Positions 9,082 to 17,596 of a stretch of DNA of 48,739 nt are shown piece after piece; position 1 is the first letter of the stretch, and every line of letters starts with the position of its first letter. The translations under genes and the position numbers were made by a program. The notes under the pieces are model-generated. The model was not told the origin of the DNA and made no database searches. It saw only the letters and a list, made by a program, of their open reading frames with translations. Source of the stretch: Candidatus Pacearchaeota archaeon (GTDB lineage: Archaea > Nanobdellota > Nanobdellia > Pacearchaeales > GW2011-AR1); assembly GCA_016186365.1 (NCBI GenBank), contig JACPLT010000015.1:1-48739 (forward strand). Reading direction: 5' to 3'.

Positions 9082-10179
9082 CTATCTCACTTTCCAGTCA
9101 TAGTCTTTTAATTTTCCATCTCTAACAGGATCCCAATATGCAATTTCATTATGTCCAAAAACACCTATTGCCCTTGCCAGCAGCATCGATACCTCGCATA
9201 ATCTTAATCTTCTCAATCCCCCCCTTCCTGATTTTGAGGAGATAGTAGGGTCAAAAATAAGCACATTGTTTTCCAATTTTTTATAAATATCCACTCCCCT
9301 CTGTGAAAATAAAGCAAAAGGATTCATCTCCATAGGAGTAAGATTGTGCTCTTTCCAGCACTCTCCTGCAATTTTAATATAACTGGCAATATCCTGAGGA
9401 TAAAAAGTTATAACCTCGCTTCTCTCATTTTCACTATCCCAGGTATACCTAATATTATACACTGCATGAGGAGTTTGAGAATTTCCAACAGGCTCTCCCT
9501 GATCATCAATTACTGCAGAATTTTTCAATGTAAGGACACTAGCCAGATTTTCTTTCCCCCTTGTTGTAGGAACATGGAGTAATTTTAGTTTGTATCTCGG
9601 TTTTTTTCTTGTTCTTGAAGGAACCTCGCAGACAACACTCGCCCCCTCACGCCTTACTCTTTCAGCATCATCATAATTTTCTACGACTATCTCAATTCCT
9701 CTTCTGTCTGTTCCAGGAATTTTCATTGTTTCAGAATAAGCAAATAATCTCACTCCTTCTGGACAGAATACAAATGGGACAACTCTCTTTAAATTGTCTC
9801 CACCCCACCTTGGCTGAAAAGAATATCCCACAACCCTTATTTCTTCTTCTTTCATCCCCTTAAGTTTAGAAAAATCTCGTTCTCTCATTGCAAGAGGTAT
9901 CTCGCTTGAATCATAACATCCTTGTCTTGACTCTGGATGGCTTAGTCTAATCAACTCCCCATATTTAAGAGATTTTCTTGCAGCTTCCTCGCTCGTTCCA
10001 GAATTAATAAAAAACTTCCCAGGAATAAGCTGAAATCTTAATTCAACATAATCATTGCAGGAATCACTATCTTCTATCTTTTTCAAAAGATTTCTGCCAT
10101 TATAAGCCAGGACAGCCTTTAGTTTTCTTATCTGCCCTGATGTTCTTCTCTTAAAAAATGATTTTTTTTCTTCTGTCAT
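9082..10179 (-). CDS. hypothetical protein (GC-rich island), no recognisable family
   Basis: 365-aa ORF with non-repetitive, globular-looking composition. Local GC is far above the flanks (29 G+C in line 9601-9660 versus 10 in line 10321-10380). Confidence 0.6.
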   Translation of the reverse strand: MTEEKKSFFKRRTSGQIRKLKAVLAYNGRNLLKKIEDSDSCNDYVELRFQLIPGKFFINSGTSEEAARKSLKYGELIRLSHPESRQGCYDSSEIPLAMRERDFSKLKGMKEEEIRVVGYSFQPRWGGDNLKRVVPFVFCPEGVRLFAYSETMKIPGTDRRGIEIVVENYDDAERVRREGASVVCEVPSRTRKKPRYKLKLLHVPTTRGKENLASVLTLKNSAVIDDQGEPVGNSQTPHAVYNIRYTWDSENERSEVITFYPQDIASYIKIAGECWKEHNLTPMEMNPFALFSQRGVDIYKKLENNVLIFDPTISSKSGRGGLRRLRLCEVSMLLARAIGVFGHNEIAYWDPVRDGKLKDYDWKVR

Positions 10180-10274
10180 ATTAATCTTAGTTATGTAATA
10201 TTAATAAAATAGTGTGGTGAGGTTTATCACCCCAAATAGAAAGAGTTATAAATCTGGGGAAATTAAGATATATA

Positions 10275-10781
10275 ATGTTTAAAAAATATTCATTCAAAAA
10301 ATATAACAAGAATTACCCTAAATTATTTAACATAGAAAGAAAAAGATTAATTAAAATATTGCCAAAAAACGCAAAAATAAAACATATTGGGAGTACTGCA
10401 GTTCCTAATCTTGGGGGAAAGGGAATAATTGACATAATCATTTCAGTTAATAAGAATAAAATAAATTCTATTAAAAATAAGCTTATAAAATTTGGCTGCG
10501 AATTTAAAGAAAAAGCAGGAGAAAAAGATAGGCTATTTTTTGAAAAAGATTACAAAAATAAAGAAAAAATAAGAAGGGTTCATATTCAACTAACTGAACA
10601 TAATAGCAAGATATGGAAAAATTCAATTAAATTTAGAGATTTATTAAGAAATAATGAATTATTAACAAAAAAATATTCGGAACTAAAGAGGAGAGCAGTT
10701 AAATTAAAAAAACAGGGAAAAGATTATAGGAAATTTAAAGAGAAATTTATCAGAGAGATATTAAAATATGAAATTATTTGA
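10275..10781 (+). CDS. GrpB/UPF0157-family nucleotidyltransferase-fold protein
   Basis: IKHIGSTAVPNLGGKGIIDIII matches the conserved GrpB core (H-x-GST-[AS]-VPG...K-x-IID). Confidence 0.75.
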   Translation: MFKKYSFKKYNKNYPKLFNIERKRLIKILPKNAKIKHIGSTAVPNLGGKGIIDIIISVNKNKINSIKNKLIKFGCEFKEKAGEKDRLFFEKDYKNKEKIRRVHIQLTEHNSKIWKNSIKFRDLLRNNELLTKKYSELKRRAVKLKKQGKDYRKFKEKFIREILKYEII

Positions 10782-11967
10782 TAAAGATGAATTAAAGCTT
10801 TTATGGCCGTTTTATCTAGACACGCTCTTAAGCCCCATGTTATTTTTTGCTCCGGTATTTTATATTATTTATTTTTCTCAAATAGGGTTTAGCTTTACTC
10901 AAATAGGAATTTTATTAGCCATTCCTTCGTTAATAGCACTAATATTTGAAATTCCGACAGGAGCAATTGCAGATTTGTATGGAAGAAAATTTTCTGTCTT
11001 GCTGGGATTTTTATTATCAGGAATTGCCCTTTTTTTGCTTTATTTTTTCTCTGATTTTTATTCTGTAGCATTGATATTTGCTTTTATCGGATTCGCATCA
11101 ACACTGCCTTCAGGAAGCAAAGAAGCATGGGTCATGGATTTGCTAAAAAATGAAAATAAAAAATTAAGGCATGATTTTTTCTCAAAATTCCAGATATTTA
11201 ACAGCTTTGCCCTGATTATTTCTGGAATTTTTGGGGCATTTTTAGTAAAAAAGTTCGGATTAACTATAATCTGGCCAGTTGCAGGCTTGTCTTATTTAGT
11301 TGCTTTTTCAGTATTACTATTTGGTAAAGAAGATTATGAAAAAACAAAACTAAAGATTTCAGAATCCTTTAAGAATTTAAAGAATCAAACAAAAAAATCC
11401 CTTGTTTTCAGTTATAAGCATCCAGTATTATTTTACTTCTTCCTAGCAACCATGATTTTGATTTTTGCCTCTGCTCTTCATTCAGACCTTGGCTGGATTC
11501 CTTTTTTGACAGAATTGGGATTAAAAGAATATTATTTGGGTTATCTTTGGAGTGCACTAGCCCTTACTACTATGATTGCTCCTTTTTTCTCAATGAAATT
11601 TATGAAAAAAGGAAAAGAAAGAAATTTTATAGTCCTATGCCTAATCCTATCAATAATTATAACTCTCTTAATATTATATGCGTATAATTTAGCTCTGGCT
11701 TTTGCAGTATTGCTTATCTCTACATTTTTCTTTTATTCAAGGATACCTGCAGAAAGAACTTATTTTCATAAATTTATCCCAAGCAAAATGAGGGCAACAA
11801 TAGGGAGCATAGAAGGGATGTTAATTTCAATAGCAGGGATTTTTGCCTCTATTTTAGCAGGATTTTTAGTAGATAAAATAGGTCCAAAATATACTATTTT
11901 TATTTCCAGTATATTCATGATTCCAGCAATAATTATTTATCTAAAAATTCAGGAAAAGAAAAAATGA
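10768..11967 (+). CDS. MFS-type transporter
   Basis: 399 aa with about 12 hydrophobic helices. The loop motif GAIADLYGRKF between TM2 and TM3 is the MFS signature. Confidence 0.8.
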   Translation: MKLFDKDELKLLWPFYLDTLLSPMLFFAPVFYIIYFSQIGFSFTQIGILLAIPSLIALIFEIPTGAIADLYGRKFSVLLGFLLSGIALFLLYFFSDFYSVALIFAFIGFASTLPSGSKEAWVMDLLKNENKKLRHDFFSKFQIFNSFALIISGIFGAFLVKKFGLTIIWPVAGLSYLVAFSVLLFGKEDYEKTKLKISESFKNLKNQTKKSLVFSYKHPVLFYFFLATMILIFASALHSDLGWIPFLTELGLKEYYLGYLWSALALTTMIAPFFSMKFMKKGKERNFIVLCLILSIIITLLILYAYNLALAFAVLLISTFFFYSRIPAERTYFHKFIPSKMRATIGSIEGMLISIAGIFASILAGFLVDKIGPKYTIFISSIFMIPAIIIYLKIQEKKK

Positions 11968-12677
11968 TGAACACAAACAAACTAGAACAAGCAGGATTGA
12001 CAAAAAATGAAGCTTTAGTTTACCAAGCTCTCCTAAAATCAGGCCCTAATCTGGCAGGCAGAATTTCGAGATTAACCGGCTTGCATAGAAGAACGATTTA
12101 TGATATTACAGATATGCTTATTAAAAAAGGATTAATAGGATATATAATAAAGAATAATCAAAGATTATTCAAAGCCAGCTCTCCGAACAAATTTCTTGAA
12201 ATTATGAAAGAAAAAGAAAACTCGATTTCAGAAATAATGCCAGAGATGCTATCTTTATATAGTTCTGTAAAAGAAAAAGAAGAAACTAATTTTTACAAAG
12301 GAAAAGAAGGGTTAAAAACAGTTTTCGAAGACCAGATAGAAGAAGGAAAAGAAATTTTAATATTAGGAGCCTCTCCTCTAGCTTATGAAATTCTCAAGTT
12401 TTATTTCAAATGGTTTGATGAAAGAAGAAAAGCGAAAAAGATAAGGACAAGAATAATTTTTAATAAAACAGAAAAGAAACTCCATATTCCATTGTCAGAA
12501 ATTCGCTACTTGCCAAAAAAATACTCCTCTCCATTGTCAATAAACATCTATGGAAGCAAGACAGCAATAATCTTCTGGAGAAAAGAAAATCCCATAGCTA
12601 TAGTGATAAAAGACAGGGACATGGCAGAAGCTTACAAGAAGCATTTTGAGTTGATTTGGAACTATGCAAAAAAGTGA
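11964..12677 (+). CDS. TrmB-family transcriptional regulator
   Basis: N-terminal wHTH LEQAGLTKNEALVYQALLKSGPNLAGRISRLTGLHRRTIYDITDMLIKKGLI is typical of TrmB. ATGA overlap with the upstream MFS gene. Confidence 0.8.
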   Translation: MMNTNKLEQAGLTKNEALVYQALLKSGPNLAGRISRLTGLHRRTIYDITDMLIKKGLIGYIIKNNQRLFKASSPNKFLEIMKEKENSISEIMPEMLSLYSSVKEKEETNFYKGKEGLKTVFEDQIEEGKEILILGASPLAYEILKFYFKWFDERRKAKKIRTRIIFNKTEKKLHIPLSEIRYLPKKYSSPLSINIYGSKTAIIFWRKENPIAIVIKDRDMAEAYKKHFELIWNYAKK

Positions 12678-12713
12678 ATAAATCTTTAAAAATGGAGGTT
12701 AGATAGTTAAATT

Positions 12714-13817
12714 ATGAGTCCAGCATCATTGCACCTAAATGTGATAACAATTAAAGAAGAAGACTTAAAAGAAGCAGCCAGATATATCCAGTTAACCAGA
12801 AGGCTAGCATATTTTATTCACGAACAAGGAATATCTAAAAAAATAGGGGTTCCAGAAAGAAGTTATAGATGCCTGCAAGCTCTTGCTAAAACCCCGGATT
12901 CCACTGGTTTAGACTATGTCTCTCCAACTATCAAATTAAATGGCGGAGATATATCAAATTTTTTATTTAGTATTATAACAGATTCGCAAGCAGGATTTTT
13001 AGAAACACTCATAAATTTCAATGAATCAACTTTAGGGAGTCCAGATTTAAGATGGGGATTAGAAACCCTAGCAAAATATTTAGAAATTGCCAAAAGAACC
13101 GAAGGAGTTATCAGAAGAAAGTTTGGACCAGAAAATAAAAGGATGCGAACAATATTAGAAGTATTAGAAAAAACAAACTCTCAAAGAAAGATGGATGAAA
13201 CAAGAAAGTGTTTTCAAGCCACTATTTCTATGTGGAAATATTTAACAAAAGTAATGGGCATAAAATTAAAAAGAACAGGCGCAATTGCAAGATATTGCCC
13301 GCCTCTTGCACAAGTTTATCAAAAGTTCGGACCTGCCCTATGCTCCAGTTTAGGTTGTACTAAAGTCTTTCAAAATGAAAATGATTCTGAAATAGTGGGA
13401 GAAATACTAAAAGAGCTAGTCACATTTTCAGAGGAAGATGCCTACATATACACCGCAGCCCTAACTTCATTTACTCCAATTCAAGAAAAAAAGAAATGTG
13501 TTGAAATTGTAATTCCAAAAGAAAAACCAGTAGAAAAACCTTCTGTAAAAGAAGCTGAATCTTTCTCCGATTATAACCCTCATGCTCTAATTAAAAATAA
13601 AGTACATTCCAGATTATCAGGAGACAGCAGATTAAGAATAGAGTATTTCTTTGAAGAAGTTTTAAATAATCCTAAATATAGTCAAGGACTAAGAAATAAT
13701 CTTGCAGGGAAAATAAAAAATAATAACTGGTACAACCCTAATATGACTGATACAGAAGTAAGAAATTACTTTGATGATTTAGAATTGGAAGCAGTAAGAG
13801 CAACAAGAAAAGAGTAA
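12714..13817 (+). CDS. hypothetical protein
   Basis: 367-aa ORF. No motif recognised. Confidence 0.55.
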   Translation: MSPASLHLNVITIKEEDLKEAARYIQLTRRLAYFIHEQGISKKIGVPERSYRCLQALAKTPDSTGLDYVSPTIKLNGGDISNFLFSIITDSQAGFLETLINFNESTLGSPDLRWGLETLAKYLEIAKRTEGVIRRKFGPENKRMRTILEVLEKTNSQRKMDETRKCFQATISMWKYLTKVMGIKLKRTGAIARYCPPLAQVYQKFGPALCSSLGCTKVFQNENDSEIVGEILKELVTFSEEDAYIYTAALTSFTPIQEKKKCVEIVIPKEKPVEKPSVKEAESFSDYNPHALIKNKVHSRLSGDSRLRIEYFFEEVLNNPKYSQGLRNNLAGKIKNNNWYNPNMTDTEVRNYFDDLELEAVRATRKE

Positions 13818-13823
13818 ACCAGA

Positions 13824-14429
13824 TTAATGTTTAGATCTCTTTCTAGACTGATAATATTTAATATCTCCTTTTTCATCATATTTCACATATCCCGATTGTT
13901 GATACTGGCTTTTTGTTACCTTCCTGGATGTAACTTTCTTATTCCAATTATCAACATACCTTCTGTCTGAATCATGATAAAGAACATCATCAATATACAA
14001 AGTGTTTGTTCGAGCATCATAATGCCATGCAACTCTTTCATTGGGCGCTCCCAAAGGAGAGATAGAAAAATCTCCAATATTTTCTTTTACAGGATTTATA
14101 GGATTTGCAGCAATTTTTCTAATAAAACCTTTATATTTGCTAAGATGATTCTTTATGTAGCCATCTTTTCTTGCTCTTTCCAAAGCTGGCCTAGATATCA
14201 TTATTCTAACTTTCTCTTTTTTAACACGAACAGGTGACTGAGCTATTTCTTCAAGGGTTTGAGAAACAAGCAATAAAACTATCCCCAAGGCTATAAGAGA
14301 TAATCCAAAAAAATAAACTTCAGCTTTATTGATTCCTATAACCGCCGCAGTTATGCTTGAACTAGCAAGAGTTATTGCTATTCCTGCAACTAAGAACGCT
14401 ATACCCATCACCCTTTTCATGCAAATCAT
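13824..14429 (-). CDS. membrane-anchored protein with a RelE/ParE-like C-terminal region (tentative)
   Basis: The ORF track extends to a GTG at 14444. ATGs are at 14429 and 14420. There are two N-terminal TM helices, followed by ...GDFSISPLGAPNERVAWHYDARTNTLYIDDVLYH, which resembles the RelE/ParE beta-sheet core. Confidence 0.55.
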   Translation of the reverse strand: MICMKRVMGIAFLVAGIAITLASSSITAAVIGINKAEVYFFGLSLIALGIVLLLVSQTLEEIAQSPVRVKKEKVRIMISRPALERARKDGYIKNHLSKYKGFIRKIAANPINPVKENIGDFSISPLGAPNERVAWHYDARTNTLYIDDVLYHDSDRRYVDNWNKKVTSRKVTKSQYQQSGYVKYDEKGDIKYYQSRKRSKH

Positions 14430-14469
14430 AACTTTTTTATACACTCTTACTATAAAAATATATGGATAA

Positions 14470-14594
14470 GCGCTATTAGTTTATCGGTAGAATGAAGCCT
14501 TCCCAATGTAAGGAACCAAGGTTCCTTAACACTCAACCTCCTAAAAATAAAAAGGAAAAAGGCTTAGAGCCGGGTTCAATTCCCGGATGGCGCA
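14470..14594 (+). tRNA. tRNA-Gly(CCC) with a 54-nt intron at 37/38
   Basis: Acceptor GCGCTAT/ATGGCGC (one G-U). D arm GTTT-ATCGGTA-GAAT. Anticodon stem AAGCC/GGCTT with loop TTCCCAA (CCC at 14502-14504). T arm CCGGG-TTCAATT-CCCGG, discriminator A, no encoded CCA. Confidence 0.85.
14506..14559 (+). other. tRNA-Gly intron (canonical position)
   Basis: TTCC (32-35) pairs with GGAA (14554-14557), flanked by 3-nt bulges, giving bulge-helix-bulge geometry. Contains hairpin GGAACCAAGGTTCC. Homologous to the tRNA-Asn intron. Confidence 0.75.
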
Positions 14595-14839
14595 TATCGG
14601 AATTGCAAATGCCGGGAATTGCAGTGATAAACCTACTCTGAATTTTAATCATAAGAAGAGAGCACGAGAGAAACTTTGGTTCTCTCGTGTTCAATTCCAG
14701 GCATGGGCATTCACGCGTAAAAGCGACTATGCATCGGAGGGGCATAGCAAAGATATAAGTCCACTCACACTTGGGGCATGGAATTGTGGAGAGTTCAAAT
14801 CCCGGAAAAGGGGTTGCTGTCAATAAATTTTTATCTATA
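14595..14839. other. GC-rich non-coding block with strong hairpin and T-loop-like motifs; unassigned RNA or tRNA debris
   Basis: 29 G+C in line 14701-14760. A 10-bp perfect hairpin pairs cacgagagaa (14663-14672) with ttctctcgtg (14680-14689). GTTCAATTCC occurs at 14690-14698 and GTTCAAATCC at 14793-14802, neither with a partner T-stem. Three GGAATTG copies are at 14599, 14615 and 14780. Confidence 0.35.
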
Positions 14840-15313
14840 TTAATTAATTTTAGTTTTTACAATTTCCTTAAAATTAGAACCGCTGGCTCTTATTTCTACT
14901 GGCTGATTTTGCTGACAGAACAAACTAAACTCAACACCAGGATTTATTTCTACACCCGTAATTATCCATTTTTTAGTGTGTATTAAATCATTATATTCTC
15001 CAGTAAAATCTTTTTTAGTTTGATTTAGTAATTTTAATTCAACTTCATCAATTCCAATCGCGCAATTTGTAACATACAATATTCTAAACTGCAATTCTTC
15101 AGTTGCCATATTTCCAACATTCTTAATTCTAATTCTATAATTGCCATCCAAATTATCTTCAAAACTTATTTTAATAGAAGGGCGTAGGGAAATAGCTAAG
15201 ATAAAAAGTTGAGAAATTATTAATACAATTAAACCATACACTATATATTTGACTACATTTTCTGGCTTTTTTACTTCTATCATAACTTTACTTAACCAAT
15301 TGTTTATACCCAT
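14840..15313 (-). CDS. hypothetical membrane-anchored protein
   Basis: 157 aa with one N-terminal TM helix (IVYGLIVLIISQLFILAISL) followed by a beta-rich soluble part. Confidence 0.5.
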   Translation of the reverse strand: MGINNWLSKVMIEVKKPENVVKYIVYGLIVLIISQLFILAISLRPSIKISFEDNLDGNYRIRIKNVGNMATEELQFRILYVTNCAIGIDEVELKLLNQTKKDFTGEYNDLIHTKKWIITGVEINPGVEFSLFCQQNQPVEIRASGSNFKEIVKTKIN

Positions 15314-15424
15314 ACTATCGTTAGGAAAAATTAGTATTTATAATTAACTTTTTTGATATACTATCTTGCTATCATAAAAATTGTTTTAGATAACTTTAAA
15401 AATCATATATTCTTACATTCATTA

Positions 15425-15679
15425 ATGAAAAAAAGTTCAAAATTATGGATCATTGGAATTATCGGAATTATCTTGGCATTCGTTGGAATTTTATTAATAG
15501 AATCTGGGTGTAGATGGATTACCTATTCTGGAGAAGGTTATGGTGGAGGATATAACTATTGCCCTTATGAGAGTTTGGGAACAGTTGGGCTCATAGTTGG
15601 AGGTGTTTTAATTGCATTCGCTATTTTAGTAGCAGTTACGAAATCTTTCAAATATTTCCTGAAAGATGAATCTAAATAA
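15425..15679 (+). CDS. small membrane protein
   Basis: The ORF track starts at 15353. ATG 15425 gives MKKSSKLWIIGIIGIILAFVGILLI, a signal/TM-like N-terminus. A second TM lies near the C-terminus. Confidence 0.5.
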   Translation: MKKSSKLWIIGIIGIILAFVGILLIESGCRWITYSGEGYGGGYNYCPYESLGTVGLIVGGVLIAFAILVAVTKSFKYFLKDESK

Positions 15680-15735
15680 CTTCATATTCACGAAAATGGG
15701 GGAAAGAACAAGAATTTCCTTGAAGAAAAGCTGAA

Positions 15736-15802
15736 GGGGGCATAGCAAGCAAGTCCATGCCCATACGGAGTATTTCCCAAAAAATGGCAAAATGCCACCC
15801 CC
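15736..15802. other. GC-rich double-hairpin element between convergent genes (candidate small RNA or terminator)
   Basis: gggcat (15738-15743) pairs with atgccc (15757-15762). tggca-aaa-tgcca spans 15785-15797. GGGGG/CCCCC flank the element. It shares GGGGCATAGCAA...AAGTCCA with 14739-14763. Confidence 0.3.
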
Positions 15803-15814
15803 GTAAGCCGCATT

Positions 15815-16093
15815 TCACTCTCCCTCTTTCTGCTCATTAACAGAACTAACTATCTCTGTAATATTATCCATAACATGCTGGATTGCCTCTTTTTCTCCTG
15901 CTCTCGGATTCTTCTCTAAATATTTGAGCAGAAAATCTGCCGCAGCTACTGCGCATATCTTTTCCTGCTTGCCCGCATCCAGAGATTTCATCAAGTATTT
16001 TATAATTTCCTCGCTTTCAGCACTAGGATTTTCTTTTTTATAAGAAAAAACCGCATTTGCAGAAGTTATCATCACCAATTTTTCATTTTCCAT
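15815..16093 (-). CDS. hypothetical protein
   Basis: 92-aa helical-looking ORF. No motif recognised. Confidence 0.5.
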   Translation of the reverse strand: MENEKLVMITSANAVFSYKKENPSAESEEIIKYLMKSLDAGKQEKICAVAAADFLLKYLEKNPRAGEKEAIQHVMDNITEIVSSVNEQKEGE

Positions 16094-16210
16094 TATAACT
16101 ATTATTTTTGATGCTTTTTAAGTATTTTTATGCTGGAATATATTTATCAAAAAAACCCAAAATAACAAAACTCGCTATATATTTTTAAACAAGAGAATAT
16201 TAAAAATCTA

Positions 16211-17596
16211 ATGAAATCTGAATCAAAAAAAGAGACAGAAGAAAAAGAAAAGACAATGAAGCTTTCCATAAAAGAAGGGGCAGTTGCTTCTGTAATGACA
16301 GGAGCAGGAGACGGATATATCACTCCTTTCGCTCTTGCATTAAATGCAAATAATGCTCAGATAGGATTTCTTTCTTCATTCCCAGGATTAATCGCCCCAA
16401 TAGCCCAAATCTTTGGCTCAAAAATGATGGAAAAATATTCAAGAAGAAAAATTATGTATTTTTTTACTTTTCTTCAGTCATTAATGTGGCTCCCACTAAT
16501 CCTGCTTGCATTCTTTTTCAATAAAAATATTCTGACCTCGCATCTTCCAATAATACTCCTAGCTTTTTATACAATTTATGCAGTTTTTGGGGCAGTTGCA
16601 GGCCCATCCTGGTTTTCACTAATGGGAGAGATCATCCCAGAAAGCATAAGAGGAAAATATTTCAGCAAAAGAAATAAAATAGCCACAACTATTTTTATAA
16701 TATCTACAATTATTGCAGCATTCATACTGGACTTTTTCAAAACAAAGGGATTAGTCTTGGCAGGATTTTCAATAATATTCTTTCTGGCATTTATTTCAAG
16801 AGCAATTTCTTCACGCATGCTGAAAAAACACAAAGATGTTAAATTCAAATTTAAAAAAGACTACTATTTTACAATCTGGCAGTTTATTAAAAAATCACCT
16901 GAAAACAATTTTGGAAAGTTTGTGATATTTATTGCCCTGATGTATTTTGCGGCGATGATTTCAGGCCCATTCTTTTCAGTTTACATGCTAAAAGATTTGA
17001 AATTTTCTTATACCACATTTATGATAGTAAATATTTCCGCTTCATTGTTCTCAGTTATATTTCTTCCTATTTTAGGAAAATTCTCAGATAAATATGGCAA
17101 CAGGGAAATGTTAAAAGTCTCAAGCATATTTGTCTCTCTTATACCAATACTCTGGATTTTCTCCAGCTCTCCAGTTTATCTTATTCTTGCTCCCCAGTTA
17201 ATAGCAGGAATGGGCTGGGCAGCATTCAATCTTGCGGTGAATAATTTTATATATGATTCAGTCACTCCCCAAAGAAGGGGTATATGCGTAGCTTATCTTA
17301 ATGTTTTAGTAGGAATAGGCATATTTTCAGGAGCATTCATAGGCGGACTGCTTGCCCAATATATCTCCATAACTTTCATGAACATTCTTTTGTTTATCTT
17401 CTTAATTTCAGGAGCAGCAAGAATATTAGTTACATTATTAATGATTCCAAAAATAAAAGAAATAAAACAAAAAAGAGAAAAACCCGTATTGCTTTATGTA
17501 GAAGATATATTTTTCTCTCCATTAAAAGGGTTAAAATACAAGCTTTACTCAAATTTCCATTCTGTTAAAAAAAGATTAGGAATTTTTGGAATATAG
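16211..17596 (+). CDS. MFS-type transporter
   Basis: 461 aa with about 12 hydrophobic helices and the loop motifs MMEKYSRRK and GKFSDKYGNRE, typical of MFS. Confidence 0.8.
   Translation: MKSESKKETEEKEKTMKLSIKEGAVASVMTGAGDGYITPFALALNANNAQIGFLSSFPGLIAPIAQIFGSKMMEKYSRRKIMYFFTFLQSLMWLPLILLAFFFNKNILTSHLPIILLAFYTIYAVFGAVAGPSWFSLMGEIIPESIRGKYFSKRNKIATTIFIISTIIAAFILDFFKTKGLVLAGFSIIFFLAFISRAISSRMLKKHKDVKFKFKKDYYFTIWQFIKKSPENNFGKFVIFIALMYFAAMISGPFFSVYMLKDLKFSYTTFMIVNISASLFSVIFLPILGKFSDKYGNREMLKVSSIFVSLIPILWIFSSSPVYLILAPQLIAGMGWAAFNLAVNNFIYDSVTPQRRGICVAYLNVLVGIGIFSGAFIGGLLAQYISITFMNILLFIFLISGAARILVTLLMIPKIKEIKQKREKPVLLYVEDIFFSPLKGLKYKLYSNFHSVKKRLGIFGI

Noticed and set aside
14533-14826. ORF-track entries 14533-14823 (-) and 14587-14826 (+) as protein-coding genes
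   Set aside because: They overlap each other, the 3' exon of tRNA-Gly and the GC-rich hairpin block. The minus ORF translates the T-arm as the tell-tale GIEPGS. The composition looks like structural RNA, and no start context or protein motif is present.
14595-14839. SRP (7S) RNA or RNase P RNA identity for the GC-rich block
   Set aside because: CCCGGAAAAGGGGTTGCTG superficially resembles the SRP helix-8 GGAA tetraloop region, but the universally conserved AGCA is replaced by TTGC. The block also ends at a CDS, leaving no room for the helix-5 return strand. AAGTCCA resembles RNase P CR-I, but no CR-IV or CR-V partners are present and the position within the block is wrong.
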